Positions 10,028 through 19,699 of a stretch of DNA of 32,000 nt are shown here, piece after piece. The translations under genes were made by a program, and so were the position numbers. This DNA comes from Prochlorococcus marinus subsp. pastoris str. CCMP1986. GTDB taxonomy: Bacteria; Cyanobacteriota; Cyanobacteriia; PCC-6307; Cyanobiaceae. Numbering within the stretch: the first letter of the stretch is position 1; each line of letters begins with the position of its first letter. The stretch is from positions 570,001-602,000 of the forward strand of contig NC_005072.1 of assembly GCF_000011465.1 (NCBI RefSeq), read 5' to 3'. The notes beneath the pieces are model-generated. The model saw nothing but the letters and a program-made list of their open reading frames with translations. It searched no databases and was not told where the DNA came from.

Positions 10028-11398
10028 ATGGATTTTTCTGTACCTGAAGTTAATAAGATTTTAGGTAATATAAAAAATTGGGATAATCTTACAAATCAAT
10101 TTCAAAGTTTTAAAAATATAAGTCTAGATAGTCGTACAATATTAAACCGCGAACTTTTTATTGCTATAAAAGGTACAAATTTTGATGGACATAATTTTCT
10201 TAATGAGGTTATAAAAAAAGGAGTAAAAGCTGTTGTAATTAAAGAGGGGATGCAGAATTTATTACCTTATAAGTTCCCTTTTTGGACCGTTCCAGATACT
10301 TTAGAGGCTTTTCAGAAATTAGCATTATTTAAAAGAAGAAAATTAAATATACCTGTTGTAGGAATTACGGGATCAGTTGGTAAAACAACTACAAAAGAAA
10401 TGATGGGAGAGGTTTTAAAGCAATTAGGAAAAATCAAATTAAGTCAGTTAAATTTTAATAATGAAATTGGGGTAGGCCTCACCATACTTGATTCTGACTT
10501 TAAAGATAAAACTTTAATACTTGAGATGGGGATGAGAGGCCTTGGGCAGATTGAAAATTTGTCCAAATTTTCTGAACCTGATATCGCAGTTATTACAAAT
10601 ATTGGAAGCTCTCATATTGGAATACTAGGCTCAAAAGAAAATATCACTTATGCAAAATGCGAAATAACTAAACATTTAAATCCAAAGGGCGTTGTAATTA
10701 TTCCTGCAAACGATTTATTTTTAGAAGAAACTTTAAAAAGAAATTGGAATGGAAGAATTATTAAAGTAGATTTACTAGATAAAAATCAAAAAGCTCAGAG
10801 TTTAAATAAAACTAATTTGCAAGGATTTTATAATAGATCTAATAATTCTGTAATCATAGAAGATAAGATCTTTGAAATATCTTTTCAAGGTTTTCACAAT
10901 GCATTTAATTTCTTATTTGTATATGCGGTTGCAAAAGAGTTAGGAATAAAATTCAAGGATACTAACAAATTTAATTTTGTCAGTTTAAATGGAAGGAATA
11001 AAATCCTGAAATCAAAAAAGACCACCATTTATGATGAAACCTATAACGCTTCTCCAGAATCTGTAAAAGCATGCATTAATAATTTATTAGATAATCCAAA
11101 TAATCATTTTTTAATTTTTGGGAGTATGCAGGAATTAGGTAATAAAAGTCAAAAATATCATAAGGATCTTTTTGAACTCATCGATAGATCAGATATAAAA
11201 AAATGTATTTTTATCTGTGATAAAAATGATGAAATCTATTATGCAGATTATTTAAAAAAGAGTACTAAATTCTTATTCCTTAATGAGATAAATAAAGTTG
11301 GTGAAACTATAAATAAATATACAAAAATGGGAGATTTCATCCTTATTAAAGGTAGCCGTTGTTGGCACCTTGAAAAAGTTATTAAATCAATTGATTGA
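10028..11398 (+). CDS. murF: UDP-N-acetylmuramoyl-tripeptide--D-alanyl-D-alanine ligase
   Basis: Mur ligase P-loop GITGSVGKTTTKEM; DSRTILNRELFIAIKG; LILEMGMRGLGQI; YNASPESVKA. Confidence 0.93.
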   Translation: MDFSVPEVNKILGNIKNWDNLTNQFQSFKNISLDSRTILNRELFIAIKGTNFDGHNFLNEVIKKGVKAVVIKEGMQNLLPYKFPFWTVPDTLEAFQKLALFKRRKLNIPVVGITGSVGKTTTKEMMGEVLKQLGKIKLSQLNFNNEIGVGLTILDSDFKDKTLILEMGMRGLGQIENLSKFSEPDIAVITNIGSSHIGILGSKENITYAKCEITKHLNPKGVVIIPANDLFLEETLKRNWNGRIIKVDLLDKNQKAQSLNKTNLQGFYNRSNNSVIIEDKIFEISFQGFHNAFNFLFVYAVAKELGIKFKDTNKFNFVSLNGRNKILKSKKTTIYDETYNASPESVKACINNLLDNPNNHFLIFGSMQELGNKSQKYHKDLFELIDRSDIKKCIFICDKNDEIYYADYLKKSTKFLFLNEINKVGETINKYTKMGDFILIKGSRCWHLEKVIKSID

Positions 11399-11400
11399 TT

Positions 11401-12750
11401 TTAGGATTTATTTTTCTTCCAATTTTCAATATTTATTTGTTTGCTTCTAGCAATAGCTAAGGAATTATTTTTAGAATCTTCAGTAATTACTGAGCCTGCT
11501 CCAGTCGTTACTGAATCACCAAGATTAATAGGCGCTATTAGAACTGTGTTGGCTCCAATACTAGAGTTTTTACCAATGTTAGTTTGATATTTTTTGGCGC
11601 CATCAAAATTTGCTGTAATAGTTCCTGCTCCTATATTGGTATATTTACCAACTTTAGAATCGCCAATATAACTTAGATGATTAACCTTAACTTCCTGATC
11701 TAGTTGGCTATTTTTTATCTCAACAAAATTACCAATTTTGCTTTTAGAAGAAATTTCACAATTAGGTCTTATATGACTATAAGGACCAATTTTTACATGG
11801 TCCATTATTTTGGAATCAAAAATAGTTGAATTTATAATTTCGCAATTTTCATTAATGATCGCATCTTTTATGAAAGAATTTGGACCAATTCTACAATTAT
11901 TAGAAATTCTAGAATTTCCTCTTATATGAGTATTTGCTTCGATTATTACATCTAATCCTATTATTGACTCTTCACTTATTGTGCAACTCGCTGGATTAAT
12001 AAAAGTTACTCCTCCAAGCATATGTTTCCTTTTTATTAAGGTTTGAATGGTTTCTTCGCATTCTGATAATTGAACTCTATTGTTAATTCCTTGAAGTTCG
12101 CCATTATCTTCAACTTCAAAGCTATAGGAATTTTTTAGTAAGCTAATAGTGTCAGTCAGATAGATTTCTTTTTGTTTATTGTTACTTTTTAAAGTATTAA
12201 TTATCTTTGATAATCTTTTCCAACTAAAGCAGTAAATTCCTGCATTCGTCAATAAATTAGAACGTTCATCTTTGTTGCAATCTTTTTCTTCGACTATCCT
12301 TTCAATTAAATTATTTTTAGTAAATACTCTTCCATAGCCATGAGGATTTTTTTTTCTAGAAGTAATTAAGGAAACATCGGCTGTTTTTGAGTCATGAAAG
12401 TTAATAAGGTCTCTCAAAGTTTCGGCTTTGATAAGTGGAACATCTCCATTTAGAACCATCAAGTTCCCTTCATGTTTTTTTACTTCCTGAGAGAGAACTT
12501 GAATAGCATGACCTGTTCCTTTTTGCGGATTTTGAACAATAAAGTGAATGTTTTTATTTTTAAGTACTGATTCTTCAACCTCCTTTGATTTGTGACCTAC
12601 GATGATAAATATTTTATCTGGTTTTAACTCATTACAAGAATTGATAACTCTTTGAAGGAGAGTTTTACCCGATAATTTATGTAAGACTTTAGGCAGTAAG
12701 CTCGTCATCCTAGTACCTTTACCTGCAGCTAATATCGCAACAGTTAACAT
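11401..12750 (-). CDS. glmU: Bifunctional UDP-N-acetylglucosamine diphosphorylase/glucosamine-1-phosphate N-acetyltransferase
   Basis: N-terminal [22 protein letters not shown]; C-terminal left-handed beta-helix hexapeptides with [27 protein letters not shown] and [14 protein letters not shown]. Confidence 0.96.
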
Positions 12751-12790
12751 ATTTATTTAGATATTTTATTTAAATTTTACTGTTTATCTT

Positions 12791-13723
12791 CTATTTCGTC
12801 ATTCCCCATTTATCTCTCCATTTTTTTGATGTCTTGAGATTAGATAAAAATTGTTCTTGGACTCTTTTTTTAATAATATCTTTTGGATTTGAATTTAAAG
12901 TAGGATCACGATAAGGGATACTTGCTTTAGTCAATAAATGTTCCTCTTCCATCCAAGATAACTTTTTTAAATATAAATTATTTTGTAAAACTTTTTCGTC
13001 AATATTTTTTACAGCAATTGTCCCGTAACTCCATAAATTTTTAGAGACTAAATTTGGCTTATTATTAAAAATATTCAAACCAAAATCTTTTAATGTGCTT
13101 CTTATCGCAGCTGAACAAGAGTAGGTTATTAAATATCCTTGAGGATTAAGTTTTTGAGTCACTTTTGATAGAAATTCAACTGACCAAACTTGAGGACATT
13201 TTTGAGGGGAAAACCCATCTAAGTAAATTAAATCGAATTTAATATTTGCAGGAATATTTTTTATTTTTTCTCTGGCATCGCCCCATAAAATATCACAGTC
13301 AAAAAATTGATCTTTATATTTAGAATTCTTTAATAATGCTTTTAATATTTTAAAAACTTTTGGATGCCATAACTTTTGAAATGATTTATTTCCTAGAGAA
13401 TATTCTAGAGGCTTTTTATCAATTTCTAAAGCATACCAATTTATCAATGAATTTTGTCTAATTACGTTATTAAATAATGAAGCTGAATTGTATCCTAGAC
13501 CGAAGCAGATATCTAAGACGTTCAGAGACTTATCTTTGAATCTTTTTAAATCAGAGGGATATATGAACTTAATTTCAGTTTCTTTTAGAGCCCCTTCAAG
13601 ACTATGAAAATTCTCTTGAAAAATAAGACTCCTTAGTGTAATACTCCCATCTTTAGTTAAAACCTCTTTTAATTCTGACAAGAATTCTCGGATCAATTGA
13701 TTAGTTTTTCTAGATCGTCCCAA
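12791..13723 (-). CDS. tRNA (5-methylaminomethyl-2-thiouridylate)-methyltransferase-like protein (MnmC N-terminal/MnmD-like domain only)
   Basis: SAM-binding motif [16 protein letters not shown]; [22 protein letters not shown]; [15 protein letters not shown] matches the MnmC methyltransferase domain. The proposed TTG start overlaps aroA by 31 nt, so the start is uncertain. Confidence 0.78.
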   Translation of the reverse strand: MGRSRKTNQLIREFLSELKEVLTKDGSITLRSLIFQENFHSLEGALKETEIKFIYPSDLKRFKDKSLNVLDICFGLGYNSASLFNNVIRQNSLINWYALEIDKKPLEYSLGNKSFQKLWHPKVFKILKALLKNSKYKDQFFDCDILWGDAREKIKNIPANIKFDLIYLDGFSPQKCPQVWSVEFLSKVTQKLNPQGYLITYSCSAAIRSTLKDFGLNIFNNKPNLVSKNLWSYGTIAVKNIDEKVLQNNLYLKKLSWMEEEHLLTKASIPYRDPTLNSNPKDIIKKRVQEQFLSNLKTSKKWRDKWGMTK

Positions 13724-15009
13724 AAAGTTGGATACGAAACTCTAGAAGCCTCTGCTCTTGCAATCTTTGAGGAGCCCTTAGCTAAAAGTGATGCTATAGC
13801 AAGGCTCATTGATACACGATGATCAGTTTCACTATCAACTTCAGCAGAATGAAACTTAGACTCACCATTAATTATTAAACCATCTTCCTTTTCTAAAATA
13901 TTTGCACCAAATTTTTTAAGTTGGGTTGCCATTACTTTTAATCGGTCTGTTTCTTTAACTCTTAACTCTTTTGCATCTTTAATTTCTGAAACTCCACTAC
14001 AAAAACAAGCTGCTACTGCAAGTATTGGAATTTCATCTATAAGTTTTGGAAGAATATCTCCTTCTACTTTAAAAGGTTTTAAATTACTTACATATTTTAT
14101 ATTTATAGAACCTATGGGTTCTCCTGCAATTGTAGATTTATCTAAAATTTCATAGTTGCATCCCATTTCATTCATTACATTCAATATCCCTGTTCTCGTT
14201 GGATTTAGGCCTACATTTTTAATGATAATTTCAGATTCTGGCACTATAGATGCGGCAATCATCCAAAAAGCTGCCGAGCTAATGTCTCCTGGAATTAATA
14301 TATTTTGACCTGTCAAATTAGTTCCTGATTTTATTACTATATTTCTTCCTAATTCTCCTCTTATGTTTATGTCTGCCCCAAATGCTTTAAGCATTCGTTC
14401 AGTATGATCTCTCGAGGATGCAGGCTCAATAACTGAGGTAGTTCCAGATGCATTTAACCCTGCTAATAATATTGCAGATTTAACTTGAGCACTTGCTACT
14501 GGAGTTCCAATTACACAACCCTTTAGTTTATTACCAGTAATAGAAATAGGAGCTTTTGTCCCATTTTTTCTACCGTGAATTATGCCCCCCATAAGTGATA
14601 ATGGCTTGCTAACTCTTCCCATCGGTCTTTCATTAAGAGATTTGTCTCCAGTTAAGATAAAATTTCGCCCTTCTTGTCCCGCTAAAAGACCCATTAATAA
14701 CCTCATTGTGGTTCCTGAATTTCCGCAATCAAGAATTTCTTCAGGTTCTTTAAAATCATCTATACCTAAACCTTTGATAGTAAAAGGTTGATTTTTTTTT
14801 ATTTCAGGAATATTTACACCCAATTTCCTAAGACAATCAGCAGTTGAAAGTGGGTCATCAGAATATAAAAAACCTTTAATATTTGTTTCACCTTCTGCAA
14901 TACTTCCTATTATCAAAGATCTATGCGATATTGACTTATCTCCAGGTACGTTTAGTATCCCTTGTAAACTTCCTCCACCTTTAACAGTGCGTATATGATT
15001 AGTATTCAA
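13693..15009 (-). CDS. aroA: 3-phosphoshikimate 1-carboxyvinyltransferase (EPSP synthase)
   Basis: [74 protein letters not shown]. Confidence 0.96.
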   Translation of the reverse strand: MNTNHIRTVKGGGSLQGILNVPGDKSISHRSLIIGSIAEGETNIKGFLYSDDPLSTADCLRKLGVNIPEIKKNQPFTIKGLGIDDFKEPEEILDCGNSGTTMRLLMGLLAGQEGRNFILTGDKSLNERPMGRVSKPLSLMGGIIHGRKNGTKAPISITGNKLKGCVIGTPVASAQVKSAILLAGLNASGTTSVIEPASSRDHTERMLKAFGADINIRGELGRNIVIKSGTNLTGQNILIPGDISSAAFWMIAASIVPESEIIIKNVGLNPTRTGILNVMNEMGCNYEILDKSTIAGEPIGSINIKYVSNLKPFKVEGDILPKLIDEIPILAVAACFCSGVSEIKDAKELRVKETDRLKVMATQLKKFGANILEKEDGLIINGESKFHSAEVDSETDHRVSMSLAIASLLAKGSSKIARAEASRVSYPTFWDDLEKLIN

Positions 15010-15137
15010 ATTAAAAAAGTGGTTTAATTTTTACAGATTTTTTCATAAGTTCATAATATCAATAAGTTTGTTTTTTAAAAAAAATATTAAAAGTTAAGTA
15101 ACTGTTTTCTATAATAATTGAAGAATGGCAACTTATT

Positions 15138-15866
15138 ATTAATCTTTCTTATTACCATGTCGCAGATGATGTTCCAGAAACAGAGTCTGATATTGCTGTT
15201 GTTATTGATGTTTTAAGAGCAACAACAACAATTTCTTGGGCATTGAAAAACGGGGCAGATTCAATTCAAGTTTTTTCTGATTTAGAGTTACTAAAAAAAA
15301 CCGCTAAAAAGTGGGATGGTAATAAAAGACTAATGCTTGCAGAAAGAGGTGGGAAAACGATTGATGGTTTTGATTTAGGTAACTCACCATTATCTGTAAC
15401 GAAAGAGACAGTTCAAGGTAAAAGACTATTTATGAGTACAACGAATGGTACTAAATCACTAAAAAAAGTACAAAATGTAGAAAATTTGTTTGCAATGTCT
15501 CTTCCAAATAGAAAAGCAGTAGCTGAAAGGATAATATCCTTAAATAAGAAAAACGTTCTTATTTTAGGAAGTGGATGGGAAGGGTCTTATTCACTAGAGG
15601 ATTCATTAGCCGCAGGTGCACTCGCCATATATATAAAAGAAAACTTTAACTCTGAAGTGAATATTTTGAATGATGAATTGCAAGCTTCATTAGCACTTTG
15701 GAATGTTTGGAAGAATGATATTCTAAAATGTTTAAAGACAGCAACTCACGGAAAAAGATTGACAAGTCTCGGTGATTATGAAGATGATTTTAAGTGTTGT
15801 TCTGAACTTGATTGTTTAGATATTGTTCCTACTCAAGTTGAGAGAGGTGTAATTCGTGCCTCATAA
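15138..15866 (+). CDS. comB: 2-phosphosulfolactate phosphatase-like protein (ComB family); 5' boundary provisional
   Basis: The conserved frame extends upstream of the listed TTG (15243): NLSYYHVADDVPETESDIAVVIDVLRATTTISWALKNGADSIQVFSDLE. It continues with GERGGKTIDGFDLGNSP and STTNGTKSL. No ATG/GTG/TTG occurs in frame between the stop at 15099-15101 and 15243; ATT at 15138 is the proposed start. Confidence 0.85.
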   Translation: MNLSYYHVADDVPETESDIAVVIDVLRATTTISWALKNGADSIQVFSDLELLKKTAKKWDGNKRLMLAERGGKTIDGFDLGNSPLSVTKETVQGKRLFMSTTNGTKSLKKVQNVENLFAMSLPNRKAVAERIISLNKKNVLILGSGWEGSYSLEDSLAAGALAIYIKENFNSEVNILNDELQASLALWNVWKNDILKCLKTATHGKRLTSLGDYEDDFKCCSELDCLDIVPTQVERGVIRAS

Positions 15867-15896
15867 TTCGCGGATTTATTTTCTAGGAGTGAAATC

Positions 15897-16724
15897 TTGA
15901 CTGATTTTTTAGTGGCCGCTTTACAAATTACAAGTACTTCTAATGTTGAAGCGAATTTTGCTGAGGCTGAGGAACAGATTGAATTAGCCTCTAGGAGGGG
16001 TTCAGAACTGATAGGTTTGCCAGAGAATTTTGCATTCTTGGGTGAAGATAATGAAAAACTTAGAATGGCTTCTGAATTATCAATAAAGTGTACCAACTTC
16101 CTAAAAACGATGTCTCAGAGATATCAAGTTTTTCTCTTAGGAGGAGGTTATCCCGTCCCCGCTGGAGATAATCGTCATACTTTCAATAGATCAGCTCTTT
16201 TTGGCAAAGATGGACAGGTTTTAGCAAAATATGACAAAATCCATCTTTTTGATGTTGATTTACCTGATGGTAATTTATACAAAGAATCATCAACTATTTT
16301 GTCTGGGGAGGAACATCCTCCAGTTATTGATGTTCCAGGCCTTTGTAAAATAGGATTATCTATTTGTTACGATGTTAGATTCCCTGAACTTTATAGACAC
16401 CTTTCCTCGAAAGGTGCTGAACTTATAATGATTCCTGCAGCATTTACAGCTTTTACTGGAAAAGACCATTGGCAAATTTTACTTCAAGCAAGAGCGATTG
16501 AAAATACAGCTTATGTAGTAGCCCCTGCTCAAACAGGTATTCACTATGGGAGAAGACAAAGTCATGGACATGCAATGGTTATAGACCCTTGGGGAACTGT
16601 TTTGTCTGATGCAGGAAAAACACAAGGAGCAGCAATAGCCCCTGCAGATAAAGAGAGGGTCCAAAAGATAAGAGAGCAGATGCCAAGTTTAAAACATAGA
16701 AAAACTAAGATGTTTGCAAAATAA
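15897..16724 (+). CDS. Carbon-nitrogen hydrolase (nitrilase/omega-amidase Nit family)
   Basis: Catalytic E-K-C signatures: IGLPENFAFLG, LAKYDKIHLFDVD, GLSICYDVRFPELYR; TTG start. Confidence 0.9.
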   Translation: MTDFLVAALQITSTSNVEANFAEAEEQIELASRRGSELIGLPENFAFLGEDNEKLRMASELSIKCTNFLKTMSQRYQVFLLGGGYPVPAGDNRHTFNRSALFGKDGQVLAKYDKIHLFDVDLPDGNLYKESSTILSGEEHPPVIDVPGLCKIGLSICYDVRFPELYRHLSSKGAELIMIPAAFTAFTGKDHWQILLQARAIENTAYVVAPAQTGIHYGRRQSHGHAMVIDPWGTVLSDAGKTQGAAIAPADKERVQKIREQMPSLKHRKTKMFAK

Positions 16725-17812
16725 TGCCAAAGTTTTTTTTTAATAAACTTTTTAGCTGCTTATCATTATTCTTACTTTTAAATTCAAGTATTTTCCCAAC
16801 AAAAGCATCTAGTGCACTAGCTGCTTGGATTTTAAATTCAAATGGGGTTTTAGAATTAAGAACTAAATCAAATTCAAAATTAAAGGCCTACTTTCAAAAA
16901 GGAGGAAGTGTTTTTGGGGATAGATTTTGGATAGATTTTCCTGGGGAACTAAAAACTCCAAGAACAATAGAGGGAAATGGTCTTATAAAAGAAATTAGAT
17001 TAGGTAAACCAAATAAAGGTAAAACCAGATTAGTCTTCGAATTTACGGAAAATAATAATTTGAAACCGCTTAATTGGAGGTTAGTTGCAATTGATAAAAA
17101 TAGATGGAAAATTAAATTATTTTCTTTACCTAAAAATTCTTTCCAGACAATAGGTGAAGGTCTTGTCAGTAAATCATATAACAATCCCAAGGCTAATCAA
17201 AAGCCAATTAACTCAAGGAGAGGAAATTATAAGTTTATACAATTACCGGATATCAAGCGTAATAAGTTTTATGTTGTGATTGACCCTGGTCATGGGGGTC
17301 CAGATCTAGGAGCAATCGGGATAGGAGGGCTAAGAGAAGCAGATGTGGTACTTGATGTTTCTAAACGAGTAAAAAAATTATTATCTGATAAAGGGGTGAC
17401 GGTTAGATTAACTAGAAATAACGAAATTGATTTAGATTTACCTCCAAGAGTCTCAATAGCTAACCGAACTGATGCTGATATTTTTGTAAGTATTCATGCG
17501 AATGCTTCAAGAGGTAAAAGAAGAGATATTAACGGGTTAGAAACTTTTTATTACACCGGATGGAGAGGACGACTATTGGCAAAAAAAATTCAAAAACAAA
17601 TACTTAAAGTTTCTCCTGGAAGTCCAGATAGAGGCGTGAGACAAGGTAGATATTTCGTTATTAAAAATACCAGAATGCCAGCTGTACTTGTAGAAATAGG
17701 TTTTTTAACAGGAAGGTTAGATGCTAGAAGGCTAGAAAAATCTATCCATCGTGAAAGAATAGCTTATGCAATCACAAAGGGTATTCTTGAATACCTTTCT
17801 AGGACAGAGTGA
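16724..17812 (+). CDS. amiC: N-acetylmuramoyl-L-alanine amidase (AMIN + Amidase_3)
   Basis: Signal-like N-terminus, AMIN-like region, then VVIDPGHGGPDLGAIGIGGLREADVVLDVSKR...ADIFVSIHANAS...VLVEIGFLTG. Confidence 0.9.
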   Translation: MPKFFFNKLFSCLSLFLLLNSSIFPTKASSALAAWILNSNGVLELRTKSNSKLKAYFQKGGSVFGDRFWIDFPGELKTPRTIEGNGLIKEIRLGKPNKGKTRLVFEFTENNNLKPLNWRLVAIDKNRWKIKLFSLPKNSFQTIGEGLVSKSYNNPKANQKPINSRRGNYKFIQLPDIKRNKFYVVIDPGHGGPDLGAIGIGGLREADVVLDVSKRVKKLLSDKGVTVRLTRNNEIDLDLPPRVSIANRTDADIFVSIHANASRGKRRDINGLETFYYTGWRGRLLAKKIQKQILKVSPGSPDRGVRQGRYFVIKNTRMPAVLVEIGFLTGRLDARRLEKSIHRERIAYAITKGILEYLSRTE

Positions 17813-18603
17813 AACTTAAAATAGGAATATTTGATAGTGGTATAGGGGGATTTACGATTCTTAGTGCCTTAATGAAAACCCGTGAGGATATTGAGGTTTT
17901 TTATTTGGCAGATACAAAGAGAGTTCCTTATGGAAATAAAAATATTGAACAAATAAGATTTATCGCAAAGGATATTTGTAATTGGTTTAAAGATAAAAAT
18001 TTGGATGTATTACTAATAGCCTGTAATACTACAAATGCTTGTGCCTTAGATATTTTAGAAAATAACTTACAAATTCCTTGTTTTGATCTAATTAATTCAG
18101 TTTCAGAAATAGTAACTAAAAAATATATTGGTGTTTTGGCAACTCCTGCAACTATTAAAACATCATATTATAAAAAAATAATTGAATCAAAGAGAGAAAA
18201 TGTACAAGTATTCCAACAAGCATGTCCTGAATTTGTTCCAGAAATAGAAAAAACAAACCTAGACTTAAATAAATTAAATTATCTATCGGATTTATATATT
18301 AATCCTCTATTAAAAGAAAATATTGAAGAAATAATACTGGGATGTAGTCATTATCCTTTGATTTATAACGTTTTAAAAAGTAAAGTGCATTCAAATATAA
18401 GGATTATTGATCCCTCAGCGGCTTTAGTAAATAACTTTAATAATTCATTTTTAATTCCAAAAAATTATAGTTATGAGAGTACTTCCAGCGATAATATTAA
18501 ATTTTTTGTCACCCAAAATAGTGAAGATTTTTCTAAAAAAGTAAAATATTGGTTGGAAATTAATAAAGAAATTAAGTTGGTTAACCTCCGAAGCAATGAT
18601 TGA
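17809..18603 (+). CDS. murI: Glutamate racemase
   Basis: IGIFDSGIGGFTIL, LLIACNTTNACAL, IILGCSHYPLI; GTG start overlapping the amidase stop by 4 nt. Confidence 0.95.
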   Translation: MKLKIGIFDSGIGGFTILSALMKTREDIEVFYLADTKRVPYGNKNIEQIRFIAKDICNWFKDKNLDVLLIACNTTNACALDILENNLQIPCFDLINSVSEIVTKKYIGVLATPATIKTSYYKKIIESKRENVQVFQQACPEFVPEIEKTNLDLNKLNYLSDLYINPLLKENIEEIILGCSHYPLIYNVLKSKVHSNIRIIDPSAALVNNFNNSFLIPKNYSYESTSSDNIKFFVTQNSEDFSKKVKYWLEINKEIKLVNLRSND

Positions 18604-18630
18604 TTCTTTAATATATGTAGGAGGCCAATT

Positions 18631-19602
18631 ATGAATACAGTAACAGAACTTCTACAACCAGTTGAAAATGATCTTGATGATCTTATTAATGAACTGAAAA
18701 ATTTAATAGGTGCTGGTCATCCAATTCTTCAAGCAGCCGCTGAACACTTATTTAGTGCCGGAGGAAAAAGGTTAAGACCTGGGATAGTTTTATTGATTTC
18801 AAAAGCTATTTCTCAGGACTTTACTTTGACAACCAAACATAAAAGACTTGCAGAGATTACTGAAATGATTCATACAGCATCATTAGTTCATGACGATGTT
18901 GTAGATGAAGCATCCACAAGAAGAGGTGTTGATACTGTTCATAGCAGGTTTAATACGAGAGTTGCTGTACTAGCTGGGGATTTTTTATTTGCTCAAGCTA
19001 GTTGGCATTTGGCAAACTTAGATAATGTAAAAGTAGTTAAACTTCTTAGTAGGGTAATAATGGATTTAGCAGAAGGTGAAATAAAGCAAAATCTAAATAG
19101 ATTCGATTCGGCACAAACTTTTTCTAAATATATAAATAAAAGCTATTGTAAAACAGCTTCTCTGATTGCAAATAGTACAAAGGCAGCTGGAGTTCTATGT
19201 AATTTAGAAGATGACAAATTGAATCACTTATACGAATTTGGAAAGAATATCGGATTGGCTTTTCAGGTTGTCGATGATATCCTTGATTTCACTGGTAACG
19301 ATAAACAATTAGGTAAACCAGCTGTAAGCGATCTCGCAAGTGGTTATCTAACTGCTCCTGTTTTATATGCTCTAGAAGAAAATGAAAATTTGTCTGTTCT
19401 GATAAATAGAGAACTTGTAGAAAAGGAAGATTTGAATAATGCTTTGAATATTGTTATGAACTCGCAAGCAATAAAACGTTCTAGAAAATTAGCTGAAGAT
19501 TTTGCTCTCCACTCAAAAGAAGCATTGTTATGGCTTCCTGACTCAGAATATAAGAGGGCTTTGTTATCTTTACCCGAATTTGTGCTCAGTCGTCTTTACT
19601 AG
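18631..19602 (+). CDS. sds: Solanesyl / long-chain polyprenyl diphosphate synthase
   Basis: First and second Asp-rich motifs SLVHDDVVDEA and QVVDDILDF, plus GGKRLRPGIVLL. Confidence 0.92.
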   Translation: MNTVTELLQPVENDLDDLINELKNLIGAGHPILQAAAEHLFSAGGKRLRPGIVLLISKAISQDFTLTTKHKRLAEITEMIHTASLVHDDVVDEASTRRGVDTVHSRFNTRVAVLAGDFLFAQASWHLANLDNVKVVKLLSRVIMDLAEGEIKQNLNRFDSAQTFSKYINKSYCKTASLIANSTKAAGVLCNLEDDKLNHLYEFGKNIGLAFQVVDDILDFTGNDKQLGKPAVSDLASGYLTAPVLYALEENENLSVLINRELVEKEDLNNALNIVMNSQAIKRSRKLAEDFALHSKEALLWLPDSEYKRALLSLPEFVLSRLY

Positions 19603-19699
19603 ATTTATCAAAAAATAAATTTTTGTAGTTAAAAATACATTATGATTTTTTGAAAATTATAATTAACTTGAATAAATAAATTTTGACTAGATTCATCTA

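Noticed and set aside
14582-14791. Plus-strand ORF of 69 aa
   Set aside because: Antisense inside aroA, which has strong family motifs in the other frame.
15833-16096. Minus-strand ORF of 87 aa
   Set aside because: Antisense to the nitrilase-family gene; low-complexity Ser/Leu content consistent with a shadow ORF.
16479-17190. Minus-strand ORFs at 16479..16664 and 16894..17190
   Set aside because: Both are antisense to well-supported nitrilase and amidase genes and lack domain signals.
19609-19625. CAAAAA/TTTTTG inverted repeat after the polyprenyl synthase gene
   Set aside because: Essentially an A-run facing a T-run in very AT-rich DNA; too weak to support as a terminator.
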